DNA from: a virus | Taxonomy: Duplodnaviria; Caudoviricetes | DNA: 62,843 nucleotides | IMG/VR virus record: IMGVR_UViG_3300010362_000001 | Span: 1 to 62,843 of that record | Direction: 5' to 3' (one strand) | In this document: positions 31,039 to 39,985 of the stretch, one piece after another | Layout of the letters: each line of letters opens with the position of its first letter | Numbering within the stretch: position 1 is the stretch's first letter | Notes under the pieces: model-generated | Databases searched by the model: none | Told to the model about the DNA's origin: nothing | What the model saw: only the letters and a program-made list of their open reading frames with translations | Position numbers and translations under genes: made by a program

Positions 31039-31275
31039 ATTGTCTTTAAGAGTCTCTCAGTCCCCCACACTCTCGCGTGGGTCTTTCATCCCCTGCACCC
31101 GCAAGGCGCGCGCGGGTCTTTGTCGAGGGATGACTGTGGCCGTTACCTCGGGCTGGCATGGGCCGGTGACCGGTTCACCATGCTCCCTCGGGCTCTACCA
31201 TCCGGGCTTCGTTCCGGTACGCGGGCGGCGCGGGCGTTTGTCAGTCCTGAAAACCTCCGTTGTCTCAACGACAAC
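31039..31275 (-). ncRNA. Putative structured leader RNA of the MoxR operon
   Basis: No minus-strand ORF of 60 aa or more starts above 31070; many nested helices, including a GAGA tetraloop stem; lies between the promoter and the first gene. Confidence 0.55.
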
Positions 31276-31279
31276 CGAG

Positions 31280-31308
31280 ATATAGTGTAGCATGGTGCAA
31301 CATGCAAG
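31280..31308 (-). promoter_or_regulatory. Sigma70-type promoter CTTGCA-N17-CTATAT with operator O2 (31287-31301) in the spacer
   Basis: Near-consensus rhizobial RpoD promoter; spacer GTTGCACCATGCTAC matches O1 at 12/15. Confidence 0.8.
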
Positions 31309-31386
31309 AGCCGGCGAAGATTTTTTTTGATTTATTAAGTCCCGGAAAAATATAGAGATTTCAGACGCCGCTGCGTATTTTCAGTA

Positions 31387-31403
31387 TGGTCGCATCATGC
31401 GAC
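31387..31403. promoter_or_regulatory. Palindromic operator O3
   Basis: TGGTCGCATCATGCGAC, exact reverse complement of 25561-25577. Confidence 0.65.
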
Positions 31404-31865
31404 CTGCTTGCGCCGCCGCGGCGCGTGGTAGCGACGTAGGGGCGGCGGCGGGGAGTCGACCAGCGTCAGGAAATCTGCCGGCTGGCAGTGCAGCGCTCGC
31501 GCGGCGAGTTCGGTGAATTCATGATTGAGGCGGATGCCGCCATTCTCATACGCGCTGATGGTCTTGCGGCTCTTGCCGGTCTCGCGGGCGAGCCATCCCT
31601 GTGAGCGGCCGCGGTCCTCGCGGATGGCCTTGAGCCGGCGCCCGATGCGCTTGCTTCCCCCCGGTGGCGACGTCGCCTTGTCGTCGAGCGGCTTCAGCTT
31701 GGCGCGCGCATGGCGGCGGTGGGCGAGGCCGTCATACGCCTTGGCGATCTCCAGCATGGTTTCGACGATATGGTTGTCGTTGCCTTTGTATTTGCGCGCA
31801 ATCACGCGCGCCTCGGCGGCACGCTCTGACCAGTCGAGCTGGATGAGCTTTCCGACCTGTGGCAT
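31395..31865 (-). CDS. Xre HTH regulator with an N-terminal helical-hairpin domain
   Basis: RLKAIREDRGRSQGWLARETGKSRKTISAYENG; N-terminal W.ERA.EAR...ML.IA..YD.LA. Confidence 0.75.
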   Translation of the reverse strand: MPQVGKLIQLDWSERAAEARVIARKYKGNDNHIVETMLEIAKAYDGLAHRRHARAKLKPLDDKATSPPGGSKRIGRRLKAIREDRGRSQGWLARETGKSRKTISAYENGGIRLNHEFTELAARALHCQPADFLTLVDSPPPPLRRYHAPRRRKQVA

Positions 31866-32143
31866 TGCGAGCCAAGCGAGCAAGCGAATTTGCTGGAGTC
31901 CAATTGTGCCCAACATTGCGGAATTGTGAAAGGTTCAATTCAGAGGCCGCGGCACGATGTCCTCAGGTCAACCCCGACGACACGATCAGGGCAATACCTG
32001 ATGACAAAATGGCAGCAAGCCCACCGCCAGCGACAATTCGCGATCGATCATTCCGGGGAGATTCCGCGTTTCGCTGCGCCGCGCAATGACGACGCGATAT
32101 GTCAACTATGCGGAATCGCATAAGTACGCAGGGAATGCGCATC

Positions 32144-32386
32144 TCAGAGTTGCTGTTGTGTCTGCTTTGCGCGCCGGCGTCGCATGATCTCGGCGAGCTT
32201 GTCGTAAAGGTCCGCGATGTGCAGCATCGTATCGCGCGCTCGACGATCGACGAGAAAAGCGATCTGCCGCGCCTCGTCAGCGCGCTCGCGCCAGTACTTG
32301 GGATGGAGATGTGGCTTCTTTTCGATAGTACGGGGTGCGGACGTTCGTCGCGCTGGCCTAGAGCTGCGTTTGCGCGCGGTCTTCAT
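32144..32386 (-). CDS. Small helical-hairpin protein (stand-alone copy of the domain in 31395-31865)
   Basis: YWRERADEARQIA...DTMLHIADLYDKLA. Confidence 0.7.
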   Translation of the reverse strand: MKTARKRSSRPARRTSAPRTIEKKPHLHPKYWRERADEARQIAFLVDRRARDTMLHIADLYDKLAEIMRRRRAKQTQQQL

Positions 32387-32457
32387 AGCAAGAAGTCGCT
32401 GTCATGCAGTTCGAAGCATGATGTCGGATGCCCGACGCAGCGCGGTATCATATTCCT

Positions 32458-32697
32458 TCACGCTCCGGCGTCGCGAATTTTCCTCAAAGCCTTGATCGGA
32501 TCGAAACCGATCGCGTCAGCGATGCGGAAAAACTCGATCACGTCGATTCGGCGCTGGCCGCTTTCGATGCGTGCCATGAACGACTGGTGTTCGCCTAACG
32601 CGGTGGCGACATCAGATTGAAACTGATTTCGCGCTTCCCGTTCTTCGCGGATCAGGCGAACCATGAATCGATGCCGGGGTGTTCCGATGGTCCGCAC
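32458..32697 (-). CDS. Xre HTH regulator
   Basis: QSDVATALGEHQSFMARIESGQRRIDVIEF; GTG start assumed. Confidence 0.8.
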   Translation of the reverse strand: MRTIGTPRHRFMVRLIREEREARNQFQSDVATALGEHQSFMARIESGQRRIDVIEFFRIADAIGFDPIKALRKIRDAGA

Positions 32698-32819
32698 TCC
32701 CGATTTTATAGATGCTATTTCCCGATATCTAAACTTCGTAAGTAACTGTTGCAATGGTCTCATTCTACCCAAATACCATAACAGCGCTTCGAAGATCAGC
32801 CTGAGATGAAGGGCCGCAC

Positions 32820-33104
32820 ATGACCAACACATACATCGCAAGGTGGTGGGATCCGCACCGGAGGGCGCCGCCCGGCGTGCCGTTGGTCACTTGGCCGATG
32901 AATGTCTACCATGATGGCCGGGTGCAGCGATACGCGGTGCTGCGCGGACCGATCAGGGATGGCGCGCTGGATGTGTTCGCCGCCGCGACCGTGGCTGTTT
33001 ATGCCTATGAGAGCGAGTTGCCGCTGGCGCCGTTCGATCTCATAGACCAATGGGCAGCGCAACATGCAACGCCGGACGCGCCGCCCATGTTTGGCCGGCG
33101 ATAG
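32820..33104 (+). CDS. Hypothetical protein next to attP
   Basis: ATG with AGGG upstream; no recognisable motif. Confidence 0.4.
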   Translation: MTNTYIARWWDPHRRAPPGVPLVTWPMNVYHDGRVQRYAVLRGPIRDGALDVFAAATVAVYAYESELPLAPFDLIDQWAAQHATPDAPPMFGRR

Positions 33105-33121
33105 CCCTTCGGCCGCATGAG

Positions 33122-33351
33122 TTTCCGGGGGACTTTCCGGGGGACAAAAATCGGTGCTTCGGCTAAGTCTTTGATTTTATGGTGGGCGCTCACAGGATCG
33201 AACTGTGGACCTCTCCCGTGTGAAGGAGCAGCGCGGCCAAAAAAACCAGCGATTTCAGTGCGCATTTGTCGAGTTTGAGCCAGATTGTCACGTTTCGTTC
33301 CGGGGTTTCCCGGGGATAACCCGGGGACAAGAACGTTCTGTTCTCCCGGGA
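33122..33351. mobile_element. attP: core 33180-33226 = 3' half of tRNA-Val(CAC), flanked by arm-type repeats
   Basis: Minus strand reads CCTTCACACGGGAGAGGTCCACAGTTCGATCCTGTGAGCGCCCACCA; TTTCCGGGGGAC x2 (33122-33145), CCGGGG repeats at ~33300-33350; IHF-like TAAGTCTTTGATT; directly after the int stop. Confidence 0.9.
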
Positions 33352-33360
33352 GGGAACGCT

Positions 33361-34509
33361 TTATCCGTTGCCCCGCATCCTCGCCCAGGCGGCATCGACC
33401 ACGTTCCGCAGATGGCCCATGGCGTGATGACCATAGGTGTCCTGGATGACCTTCTCGCTGGTGCCGAGCATGCCGGCTACGTCGAAAGTGGACATGCCGG
33501 CCTGGAGCAACAGCGTCGCGCATGTGTGCCTGAGAACATGCGGCGTCGCGTCGGGACCTAACCCCGCCATGATCCTGGTGCCATCCCAGGAACGCCGAAG
33601 CTGCGACGCGATCGGTTTGCCGTCGTACTCGACGACGTACTGAGTCGAGAGTCGGCGCCAGCGTCGTAAATGCGCCTTCAGCTTTTTGGGAATCAGCGTC
33701 GGCGTACGACGCTTGTTTGTCTCGATGGCATCTTGCGGTCGGCGATAGAGAATGCCGGCGTCGAGATCGAACCAGCCGCCGACGGTATTGCGCATCCATT
33801 GCAGCCGCAACATCGCATCATGTCGGGTGCCGGTATAGAACCCGATCAGAATGAAGCGGGCGAGATGGCGATTGATCCTGAACTTGTTGCGGGTGCCGTC
33901 GCGATTGAAGCCGAGCGCGGCCCACAACAGCGCAGCGACTTCCTTACGCGTGAAATATCGCTCGCGACGCTCAGCCACTCTCGGCATCGAGACGATGATC
34001 GGCCGATCGAGCACCTGCGGTTTCCTTACTGCGTGGCACCAATTGAGCGCAGCCGACAGCGTGACCAGCTCCCGCTTGGCTGTCGACAGCTTGATCTTGC
34101 GTCCGTTCCTTTTCGCGCGTCGGTCGGTTTGCGCGCAACGAAACTTGACCCATTCGTCGATCGTGTCCTTGCTGATTTCGGACACATAGCGTTGACCCCA
34201 AAATTCGGTAAGCCGCTCGACTTCACCGGCGATGCGTTCTTGGGAATCTTCGCGCGGGAGCGTCGGAGCATATTTCTCACAATACAATGACAAGCAATCT
34301 CCGATCAGGACTTGATCGGGACGACCGTTGCCGAAGGACGGTTGTCTGTTTTCGATGATGTATTCCGCGAGCGCGATTTCAGCTTTCGCGCGCTCGCCAT
34401 CGCCCGCGCCTGTGCTAATTTCTTTCTCTCTGTCTCTGATGATCCAGGCGCCTCGGTTGCGGCCCCGGGCGTCTCTCCACACGAGTCTTGGCGGTTTGGT
34501 AGGGCGCAT
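33361..34509 (-). CDS. int: Tyrosine integrase
   Basis: TGTR, HVLRHT, YGH catalytic motifs; adjacent attP. Confidence 0.95.
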   Translation of the reverse strand: MRPTKPPRLVWRDARGRNRGAWIIRDREKEISTGAGDGERAKAEIALAEYIIENRQPSFGNGRPDQVLIGDCLSLYCEKYAPTLPREDSQERIAGEVERLTEFWGQRYVSEISKDTIDEWVKFRCAQTDRRAKRNGRKIKLSTAKRELVTLSAALNWCHAVRKPQVLDRPIIVSMPRVAERRERYFTRKEVAALLWAALGFNRDGTRNKFRINRHLARFILIGFYTGTRHDAMLRLQWMRNTVGGWFDLDAGILYRRPQDAIETNKRRTPTLIPKKLKAHLRRWRRLSTQYVVEYDGKPIASQLRRSWDGTRIMAGLGPDATPHVLRHTCATLLLQAGMSTFDVAGMLGTSEKVIQDTYGHHAMGHLRNVVDAAWARMRGNG

Positions 34510-34748
34510 CGCGTTCGCATCTCCTTCAATGCTGCTCGCGTCGTGTAGTCCTTGCCGGCAACGCGCCAGATGCGCAGGCGACCGCGCTGAGCTTCGCTGC
34601 GTAGAGCAGAAGCGCCGACGCTGCCATCGGGAAATTCGAGCGCGGCAGCCACGGCAAGGCGCAGGAGCGTGTCATCATTGATCGTCATCGGGTCGGGGAC
34701 ATACTTACGGCGTCGGTTGGGTCGTTCAATTCTCGGCATTTCAAGCAT
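34305..34748 (-). CDS. Excisionase-like protein overlapping the int 5' end
   Basis: LR.EA.RGRL....VAGKDYTT..A..EM...C pattern upstream of int. Confidence 0.7.
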   Translation of the reverse strand: MLEMPRIERPNRRRKYVPDPMTINDDTLLRLAVAAALEFPDGSVGASALRSEAQRGRLRIWRVAGKDYTTRAALKEMRTRCALPNRQDSCGETPGAATEAPGSSETERKKLAQARAMASARKLKSRSRNTSSKTDNRPSATVVPIKS

Positions 34749-34823
34749 CTCCTACATACGCAATAGCTGCGCTATACGCAAGATGCGCCCGGTAATCCGT
34801 CCACAAGTCCAGCAAAGTCTGGC

Positions 34824-35021
34824 TCAACTCTTCAGCAGCTCGTCTTCGAATCGCTGCAGCGAGCGTTCGGTGATGCGGTGGCGGTGATCGAGCTTGACCA
34901 TTTCCAGCCGGCCTTCGCGCGCGAGCGCTAAGATTTTGCTGCGGCCGCAGCCGAGCCGTTCCATTGCCTGCCTCACGGTGCGCAGGCCGCGCGGATCGTC
35001 GTGGTTGGTTCGCTTGGTCAT
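34824..35021 (-). CDS. HTH_17/Xis-like DNA-binding protein
   Basis: TVRQAMERLGCGRSKI..L...G.L..VK....RI. Confidence 0.8.
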   Translation of the reverse strand: MTKRTNHDDPRGLRTVRQAMERLGCGRSKILALAREGRLEMVKLDHRHRITERSLQRFEDELLKS

Positions 35022-35260
35022 TGCTCGACTGTTCCGGTGCGCACCAGTGCGAGCGAGCGCCGCGCCATGTTGAGGAACGACTCGTCGTTGCCGGTGTGCA
35101 TGTTGGCGGCGAGCAGCAACGTCTCAGCGCTGAGCTGCCGCTGAATTTCCGATACCGACGAATCTAGCGCGCGCGCCTCGTTGTCGAGACTGGTGATGGC
35201 CGCCGCCACCATCAGCTTGTACATCGCAACCAGTTTGTCAGCTTCAGCCTTTGTCATCAT
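35018..35260 (-). CDS. Hypothetical protein
   Basis: Overlapping start/stop in the early leftward operon. Confidence 0.55.
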   Translation of the reverse strand: MMTKAEADKLVAMYKLMVAAAITSLDNEARALDSSVSEIQRQLSAETLLLAANMHTGNDESFLNMARRSLALVRTGTVEQ

Positions 35261-35660
35261 CGGTGCGACCCGTTGTTTCGTGGTCGGGAGAGATCGTCGC
35301 GTCGTCCGGCATGAGGCCGGCCGGCGGCGCCGGCGGCGGCAAGGCTCCGGTATAGAGCGCGCGCTGCGCCAGCACGGCCTGCTGCTTGTGCTGCAGATAC
35401 ATGCGCTGCACCGTCGCCACCCGCGTCGCGTAATCGTCGATGGTGCGCATCACGTGCTCCTGGATCAGCTTGAGCGTGTCGTCGAGGCGATCGCATTCGG
35501 CGCGCGCGTCGAGCCCGGCGCGCACGGCGTCGGATGCCATCGACGTGATCACTTCGCGGATCGCGCGTTGCGTGTCGCTCGGCGCGGCGTCGAGCATCAG
35601 CACCCGGGTCTTGTCGACCGGTGCCCCGAACAAGGGCCGTCGTTCACGCATCGTGGTCAT
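35244..35660 (-). CDS. Hypothetical protein
   Basis: GGAGG RBS; coupled to neighbours. Confidence 0.55.
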   Translation of the reverse strand: MTTMRERRPLFGAPVDKTRVLMLDAAPSDTQRAIREVITSMASDAVRAGLDARAECDRLDDTLKLIQEHVMRTIDDYATRVATVQRMYLQHKQQAVLAQRALYTGALPPPAPPAGLMPDDATISPDHETTGRTDDDKG

Positions 35661-35908
35661 ATGAATTCCTCCCCTTGTGTTGCCTCGTTGCGGTGCATGG
35701 CGCCGCTCCACAGCGCGCGCTCCAGGTCGCCCGGCGCGGGCCATTGCAAGGCATAGGCGCGCCCGGTCAGAACCCACCATGCGGCGGTCAAGCGATTGGC
35801 CGTGTACGGCTCGACCGGCGCAAACACGTGCCCGCCGCGATGCCATTGCGTGACGGCGCCGTCATAGATGTCGGCGATGACGTGCACGCCCCACGGTCGC
35901 TCGATCAT
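35657..35908 (-). CDS. Hypothetical protein
   Basis: RL.AAW.V.TGRA.AL.W motif typical of small phage ORFs. Confidence 0.6.
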   Translation of the reverse strand: MIERPWGVHVIADIYDGAVTQWHRGGHVFAPVEPYTANRLTAAWWVLTGRAYALQWPAPGDLERALWSGAMHRNEATQGEEFI

Positions 35909-35925
35909 TCGACAACTGCTCCCCG

Positions 35926-36204
35926 CTACTGATTAGCTCGGCGCAGCCCTGACAGGATGCAGCGCCAGCCGAGTCTCAGCATCTCCCATCGGCTCATTCG
36001 CCAGCGGGTATAGACCTCCGGATTGAGGTCGCGAATATGCAGCACTCCTTCATCGTCGCGTTCAATCAGCGGCCCGGTCGGATCAGAGAAAAGCAGCATC
36101 GTCTCTACTCCTGTCTTCATCGCGGGCTCATTCGGTCGAGCCGGGTGCCCCGTCGGTGCGATGTCCCGGCCCGACCTTTCGTACGGCAGACGTTCCGACT
36201 CCAC
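35926..36204 (-). CDS. Hypothetical protein (start uncertain)
   Basis: Operon position only. Confidence 0.4.
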   Translation of the reverse strand: MESERLPYERSGRDIAPTGHPARPNEPAMKTGVETMLLFSDPTGPLIERDDEGVLHIRDLNPEVYTRWRMSRWEMLRLGWRCILSGLRRANQ

Positions 36205-36229
36205 TGTTTTGCACCGACGCAGCGATGGC

Positions 36230-36604
36230 TCATGGCTTGGCGTCCAGGACCTCGTCTAACACTGGCTCGATGTTCGGATTGTAGACAGCCGGGTTGTCGT
36301 TCAGACTTCTGATCTGACGCAACGCCGCCGTCAGTCGCTCGATCTTGGCGCGCTGCTGTTCGATGATGTCGCAGTCGGGCGCTGTCAGAGCCCGCTGGCG
36401 CAGCGCCCGCACGATCAGGCGCAGCTCGCCCTCGAAGAAGTTGATCGCCCGGAACAGACGACGGTCATCGCCGATGCCGTATTCACGCAAGGCGCGCTCG
36501 ATCTCGTCGGCGATGCGGGCGGGATCGGTGGCGTAATCCAGAAGCTCGTCACTGGCGAGGCTCACAGTTTTATTGCCAGTTCCTTCGGTCTTTCTGCCGG
36601 CCAT
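36230..36604 (-). CDS. Hypothetical protein
   Basis: Operon position; coiled-coil-like C-terminus. Confidence 0.5.
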   Translation of the reverse strand: MAGRKTEGTGNKTVSLASDELLDYATDPARIADEIERALREYGIGDDRRLFRAINFFEGELRLIVRALRQRALTAPDCDIIEQQRAKIERLTAALRQIRSLNDNPAVYNPNIEPVLDEVLDAKP

Positions 36605-36996
36605 GACCAGATGACCTTTCCATTGAGAAGCATCTGCGGACGCACGATTCTGCCGTCATGAATCGCCTGCTCGACGTCGAGAGCGCCGTTGAAGAAATCG
36701 ATGAACGGCAAGGGTGGCTCGAAGTCGATCGTCTCGCCCACCTGATTGAAGGCGTAGAGCAAGGCGTTGCCGGCATAGAGGCGCTGTTCGATGGCAAAAT
36801 AGGCTTGCTGGTGCGGCGGAACGAACAAGCCGTATTCGAACACGATGATGCCGATGCCGCGGTCTCTGTCGCGCGAGACGATGGCGAAATCGATTTTATT
36901 CGGCTCCAGCCCGATCGCGCGCTCGGCGGCGAACAAGCTTTTGAAGCCAACGATGCGCGCTTGGCACAGATGCGGCTCGACCGTTGCGAACATCAT
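36562..36996 (-). CDS. Hypothetical protein
   Basis: ATGA overlap; I.VFEYGL...YAGNALL. Confidence 0.6.
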   Translation of the reverse strand: MMFATVEPHLCQARIVGFKSLFAAERAIGLEPNKIDFAIVSRDRDRGIGIIVFEYGLFVPPHQQAYFAIEQRLYAGNALLYAFNQVGETIDFEPPLPFIDFFNGALDVEQAIHDGRIVRPQMLLNGKVIWSWPAERPKELAIKL

Positions 36997-37349
36997 GGCC
37001 GCCGATCTCCCTGCCAACGGCTGGCGAAGGGCTCGGCGCCGTCGGTCTCGTCCGGGCGCGCCGGCAACGGCGGCCATACTGATCGCAACAGGACCGACTC
37101 TTCGTCGCGCTCGCTCGGCGAACGCAGCGGCGGCCGCGGCTTTAGCGGCAGCTTGCGCGCTACCGGCGCCCGCCAGTGCAGCTTGGCTTTCGCCATGCCG
37201 CGCGCGCCGACGTACCAGCAGCGCTTGCCGTCGATCTGGCGCCAGGACCAGTATTTTCCGTCGTTGGCGCGCGACGACTTGCATTCGAGCGCCGCGGCCG
37301 GGAACGTAAGCGCGATCAGCACGGCGAGGATGCCAAGCGATTTGAGCAT
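36993..37349 (-). CDS. Putative secreted protein
   Basis: Signal peptide; C......YWSWRQIDGKRCWY. Confidence 0.65.
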   Translation of the reverse strand: MLKSLGILAVLIALTFPAAALECKSSRANDGKYWSWRQIDGKRCWYVGARGMAKAKLHWRAPVARKLPLKPRPPLRSPSERDEESVLLRSVWPPLPARPDETDGAEPFASRWQGDRRP

Positions 37350-37576
37350 CACGAATGCAACTCCGTTCTGCCCTTCATGGCATCGATCTCGGCGACAGTA
37401 GCCCACAATCCATTGCAGAGCCTGTCGATGGCATCGCGGTCGATCACGGCGTCAGCGATGATCTGGTCATGTTCATCGAACAGCACGAGATGCGGGTGAC
37501 GGCAATCCTCGCCACCGCAGGTCATGACGCGCCAGCTATGGGCGCGCGGGTGCACGGGCATCGGCGTGGTCTTCAT
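37349..37576 (-). CDS. Hypothetical protein
   Basis: AHS....C....C..PHLVLFD. Confidence 0.55.
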   Translation of the reverse strand: MKTTPMPVHPRAHSWRVMTCGGEDCRHPHLVLFDEHDQIIADAVIDRDAIDRLCNGLWATVAEIDAMKGRTELHS

Positions 37577-37929
37577 GAAACCTCCCGCGCTGCGTACTCG
37601 CGCTCGATCGCGGCGACGTCGGAGAGGACTTCGTCGCGTGTCAGCATCCAGGATGAACGCGCAAGTCCGTTGATCGCCCGGAATTTGAATTGCTGGTGCA
37701 GCCGCAGCGCGCGCTCGTCATCGCGCAAGGCATGCGCCAGGATGGCAAGCGCCAATTGCGCCGGCCCACTCCCGGCATAGCCCCATTCATATCCATGTGA
37801 ATGGCTGAACAGATCGCGCCGCGCCGGCAGTCGCTTCGCGTGTCCATGGCAAACGCGGACGTGCGCCGTTCCGTCAACATCGCGCCAGCCGTAATAGAAG
37901 ACATCGACGCCGCCGATGGTCATTGTCAT
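37573..37929 (-). CDS. DUF6166-like protein
   Basis: HS.GYEWGYAGSGPAQLALAIL...HQQFK. Confidence 0.75.
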   Translation of the reverse strand: MTMTIGGVDVFYYGWRDVDGTAHVRVCHGHAKRLPARRDLFSHSHGYEWGYAGSGPAQLALAILAHALRDDERALRLHQQFKFRAINGLARSSWMLTRDEVLSDVAAIEREYAAREVS

Positions 37930-38999
37930 GTCTCCGACTTGAACGCCGGCATTGGTCCGCCATCGTGGCCGGCCTGCCACGCGAGCGCCTCGCGCGTCTT
38001 CGCCGGATCGCGAAATTCCGGCGGCAATGCCTTGCGCTGATGGCCGGCGGCTTTTGCTTCGCGGCCGCGAGCGTAGGCGACGGCGAGCGGATCCTCGGCG
38101 GGAGCGTCAGCGGCGGCAGAACCGGCTTCTGGAGGCTGCTGTGCGTGTTGCTGGTCCTGCGCGCCGCCGTCCTCCGCTGCGGGCGGGGATGGACTACCCG
38201 ACGCGGAAGCTTCATCACGTGCGAATTGTTCGAGTGCTGCGGCCGGGCCGCTGGCGCGCGGCTCGTTGACCGGCACGATGCTCAGGCCTTCGGGCGCCGT
38301 TGTCGGCGCGTCCAACTCGACCAACTCGTCCTCGCCCATCAGATCGCGCACGGATGGCAGCATCTTCGACAGTCGTCGCAGTGCGGTTTTTCGATACATT
38401 TCGCTCGTCCAAAGTTTCCACGGCGAGTCTTCGCGCGTGGTCCTGGACATGCTGCGAATTTTGTCGGCTTCCGCTTTCGGGATTACACAAACGAATTGGC
38501 CGCCGTCGCGCGTGGTGGCGAGCGCATAAATTTTCAGAATCGGCTTGCTGGTATCGTCGCCCGGAACGTGGCGAAAGTGCTCGCCATCTTGATCGATGTA
38601 ATGATGAAACTCTTCGCCTTCATGCACGATGCCGGCGGTGATCCACTTGAATTGACCGGAGCGGCGGAAGCGACGCAGCAGCCCCTGGTACATTGGAATC
38701 CAGGTCGCCGTACTTTTGTAAGGAACGATCGCGCCTTCGATACCGTCGGGCAGCAAGCCGTCGCGACAAGCCTTCATGACGGAGATCCAGACTGACTGCC
38801 ACGAGCAGCCGAGAATGTCGGTGTTGATCGTTGCCGCCGTGATGACGGCGCGAATGAACGAAGCCGGAGAAATGTCGGGCGGCAGTGCGGCCTTCAGCTC
38901 GCCCTCGCGTTCCTGCAGACGCTGGCGCAAGACGACGATCGGCGGCCGGGTATCTTTCTCGCGCTGTTGCGGAACAGTGGCGACGTCGGTGCTGCTCAT
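37926..38999 (-). CDS. recT: RecT-family single-strand annealing protein
   Basis: AALP....F.R, GLLPDG.E..IVPY, MYQGL, SPW..W..EM.RKT.LRRL.K.LP. Confidence 0.92.
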   Translation of the reverse strand: MSSTDVATVPQQREKDTRPPIVVLRQRLQEREGELKAALPPDISPASFIRAVITAATINTDILGCSWQSVWISVMKACRDGLLPDGIEGAIVPYKSTATWIPMYQGLLRRFRRSGQFKWITAGIVHEGEEFHHYIDQDGEHFRHVPGDDTSKPILKIYALATTRDGGQFVCVIPKAEADKIRSMSRTTREDSPWKLWTSEMYRKTALRRLSKMLPSVRDLMGEDELVELDAPTTAPEGLSIVPVNEPRASGPAAALEQFARDEASASGSPSPPAAEDGGAQDQQHAQQPPEAGSAAADAPAEDPLAVAYARGREAKAAGHQRKALPPEFRDPAKTREALAWQAGHDGGPMPAFKSET

Positions 39000-39985
39000 G
39001 ATTCCTCCAGCGATTCAATGGGACGAGCTTCGTCGGGACGGCGATCGTAAATGCGCAAGGTGCGCAGGGTTTTCGCGGGAACCGTGTAGCCTTTCCGCTC
39101 GCCGGTCTTATAGGTGATGTGCCAGTCGGGAATGGTCGCGATCTCGGAATCGCCCATGAGGAATTTCAGCTCGGTCTCGATCACACTGCAGCGAATTTCG
39201 GCAGCTTTGATACGAGCGTGCAGTTCTTCGCGCTCGGCGAGCAGTGCCGGCAGCTCATTGTTGCCGCTGAGATCGACGACGGCGCCACCGCGCGACCGCG
39301 GATACATTGCCTGAATGACGGCGGCATCCCGCGCGAAGTCCGGGTCCGGCTCGTTGCCATCTTCGACGTCGATCCAGTGTTGCTCGACGGCATCAATAAT
39401 CCTTTTTTCTGCTGCCGCGTTGCGCGGAATTTCCTGAATGATCGGTTCCATGTTGAACGGGTCGACGGGAAGAAAGGCGACGACGCCGAAGGCGGCATCA
39501 GCCAGCATCGCCTGGGTCAAGGTCTGTAGGACAATCCATAACGGCACGCGGCCGTCAGCATAATCGCGGCGACCAACGGATGGAGTGCCGCTCTTGGCTT
39601 CGAGGACAGCAAGTCCGCGCGGGTCGCCATGGATAAAGAAATCCGGCGTCGCGCCAAGCTTCAGTCCCTTATGGCGCAAGTAGACGTCGGCGGGTTTGAT
39701 TATCCATTCCGGATGTTTCCGGCGCACTGCTTCGGCGACAGCGGGCTGCATGATCTTGCCGCGCTCTGTCGCGCTGTTCTCGACTGGCGCGAATTCGACG
39801 CCGCGATGCTTGGCGTAAAGCCGCAATGCCGTCTCGTATGGATGATGACAATCCGGGAACAAGGCGCCGACGCCGCTGGCAGTAACGTCTGCATCGTGCC
39901 ACGCCAGCCAGTCGGTTTCGTTGGTGATCGTGCGCCACTCGATCGTTGCCGGGTCTATCAACTGCGGGATGTGGTTCGCGTTCAT
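38996..39985 (-). CDS. YqaJ/lambda-exonuclease-like recombination nuclease
   Basis: WL......VTAS, GATPD, LEAK, Q...Q; upstream of recT. Confidence 0.88.
   Translation of the reverse strand: MNANHIPQLIDPATIEWRTITNETDWLAWHDADVTASGVGALFPDCHHPYETALRLYAKHRGVEFAPVENSATERGKIMQPAVAEAVRRKHPEWIIKPADVYLRHKGLKLGATPDFFIHGDPRGLAVLEAKSGTPSVGRRDYADGRVPLWIVLQTLTQAMLADAAFGVVAFLPVDPFNMEPIIQEIPRNAAAEKRIIDAVEQHWIDVEDGNEPDPDFARDAAVIQAMYPRSRGGAVVDLSGNNELPALLAEREELHARIKAAEIRCSVIETELKFLMGDSEIATIPDWHITYKTGERKGYTVPAKTLRTLRIYDRRPDEARPIESLEES

Noticed and set aside
31039-31100. Hammerhead ribozyme in the leader
   Set aside because: CUGAGAG does not fit the CUGAnGA core and GAAA is not correctly placed
33180-33226. Functional tRNA-Val gene
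   Set aside because: Only the anticodon loop to CCA is present; no D arm or 5' acceptor strand, so it is an att core
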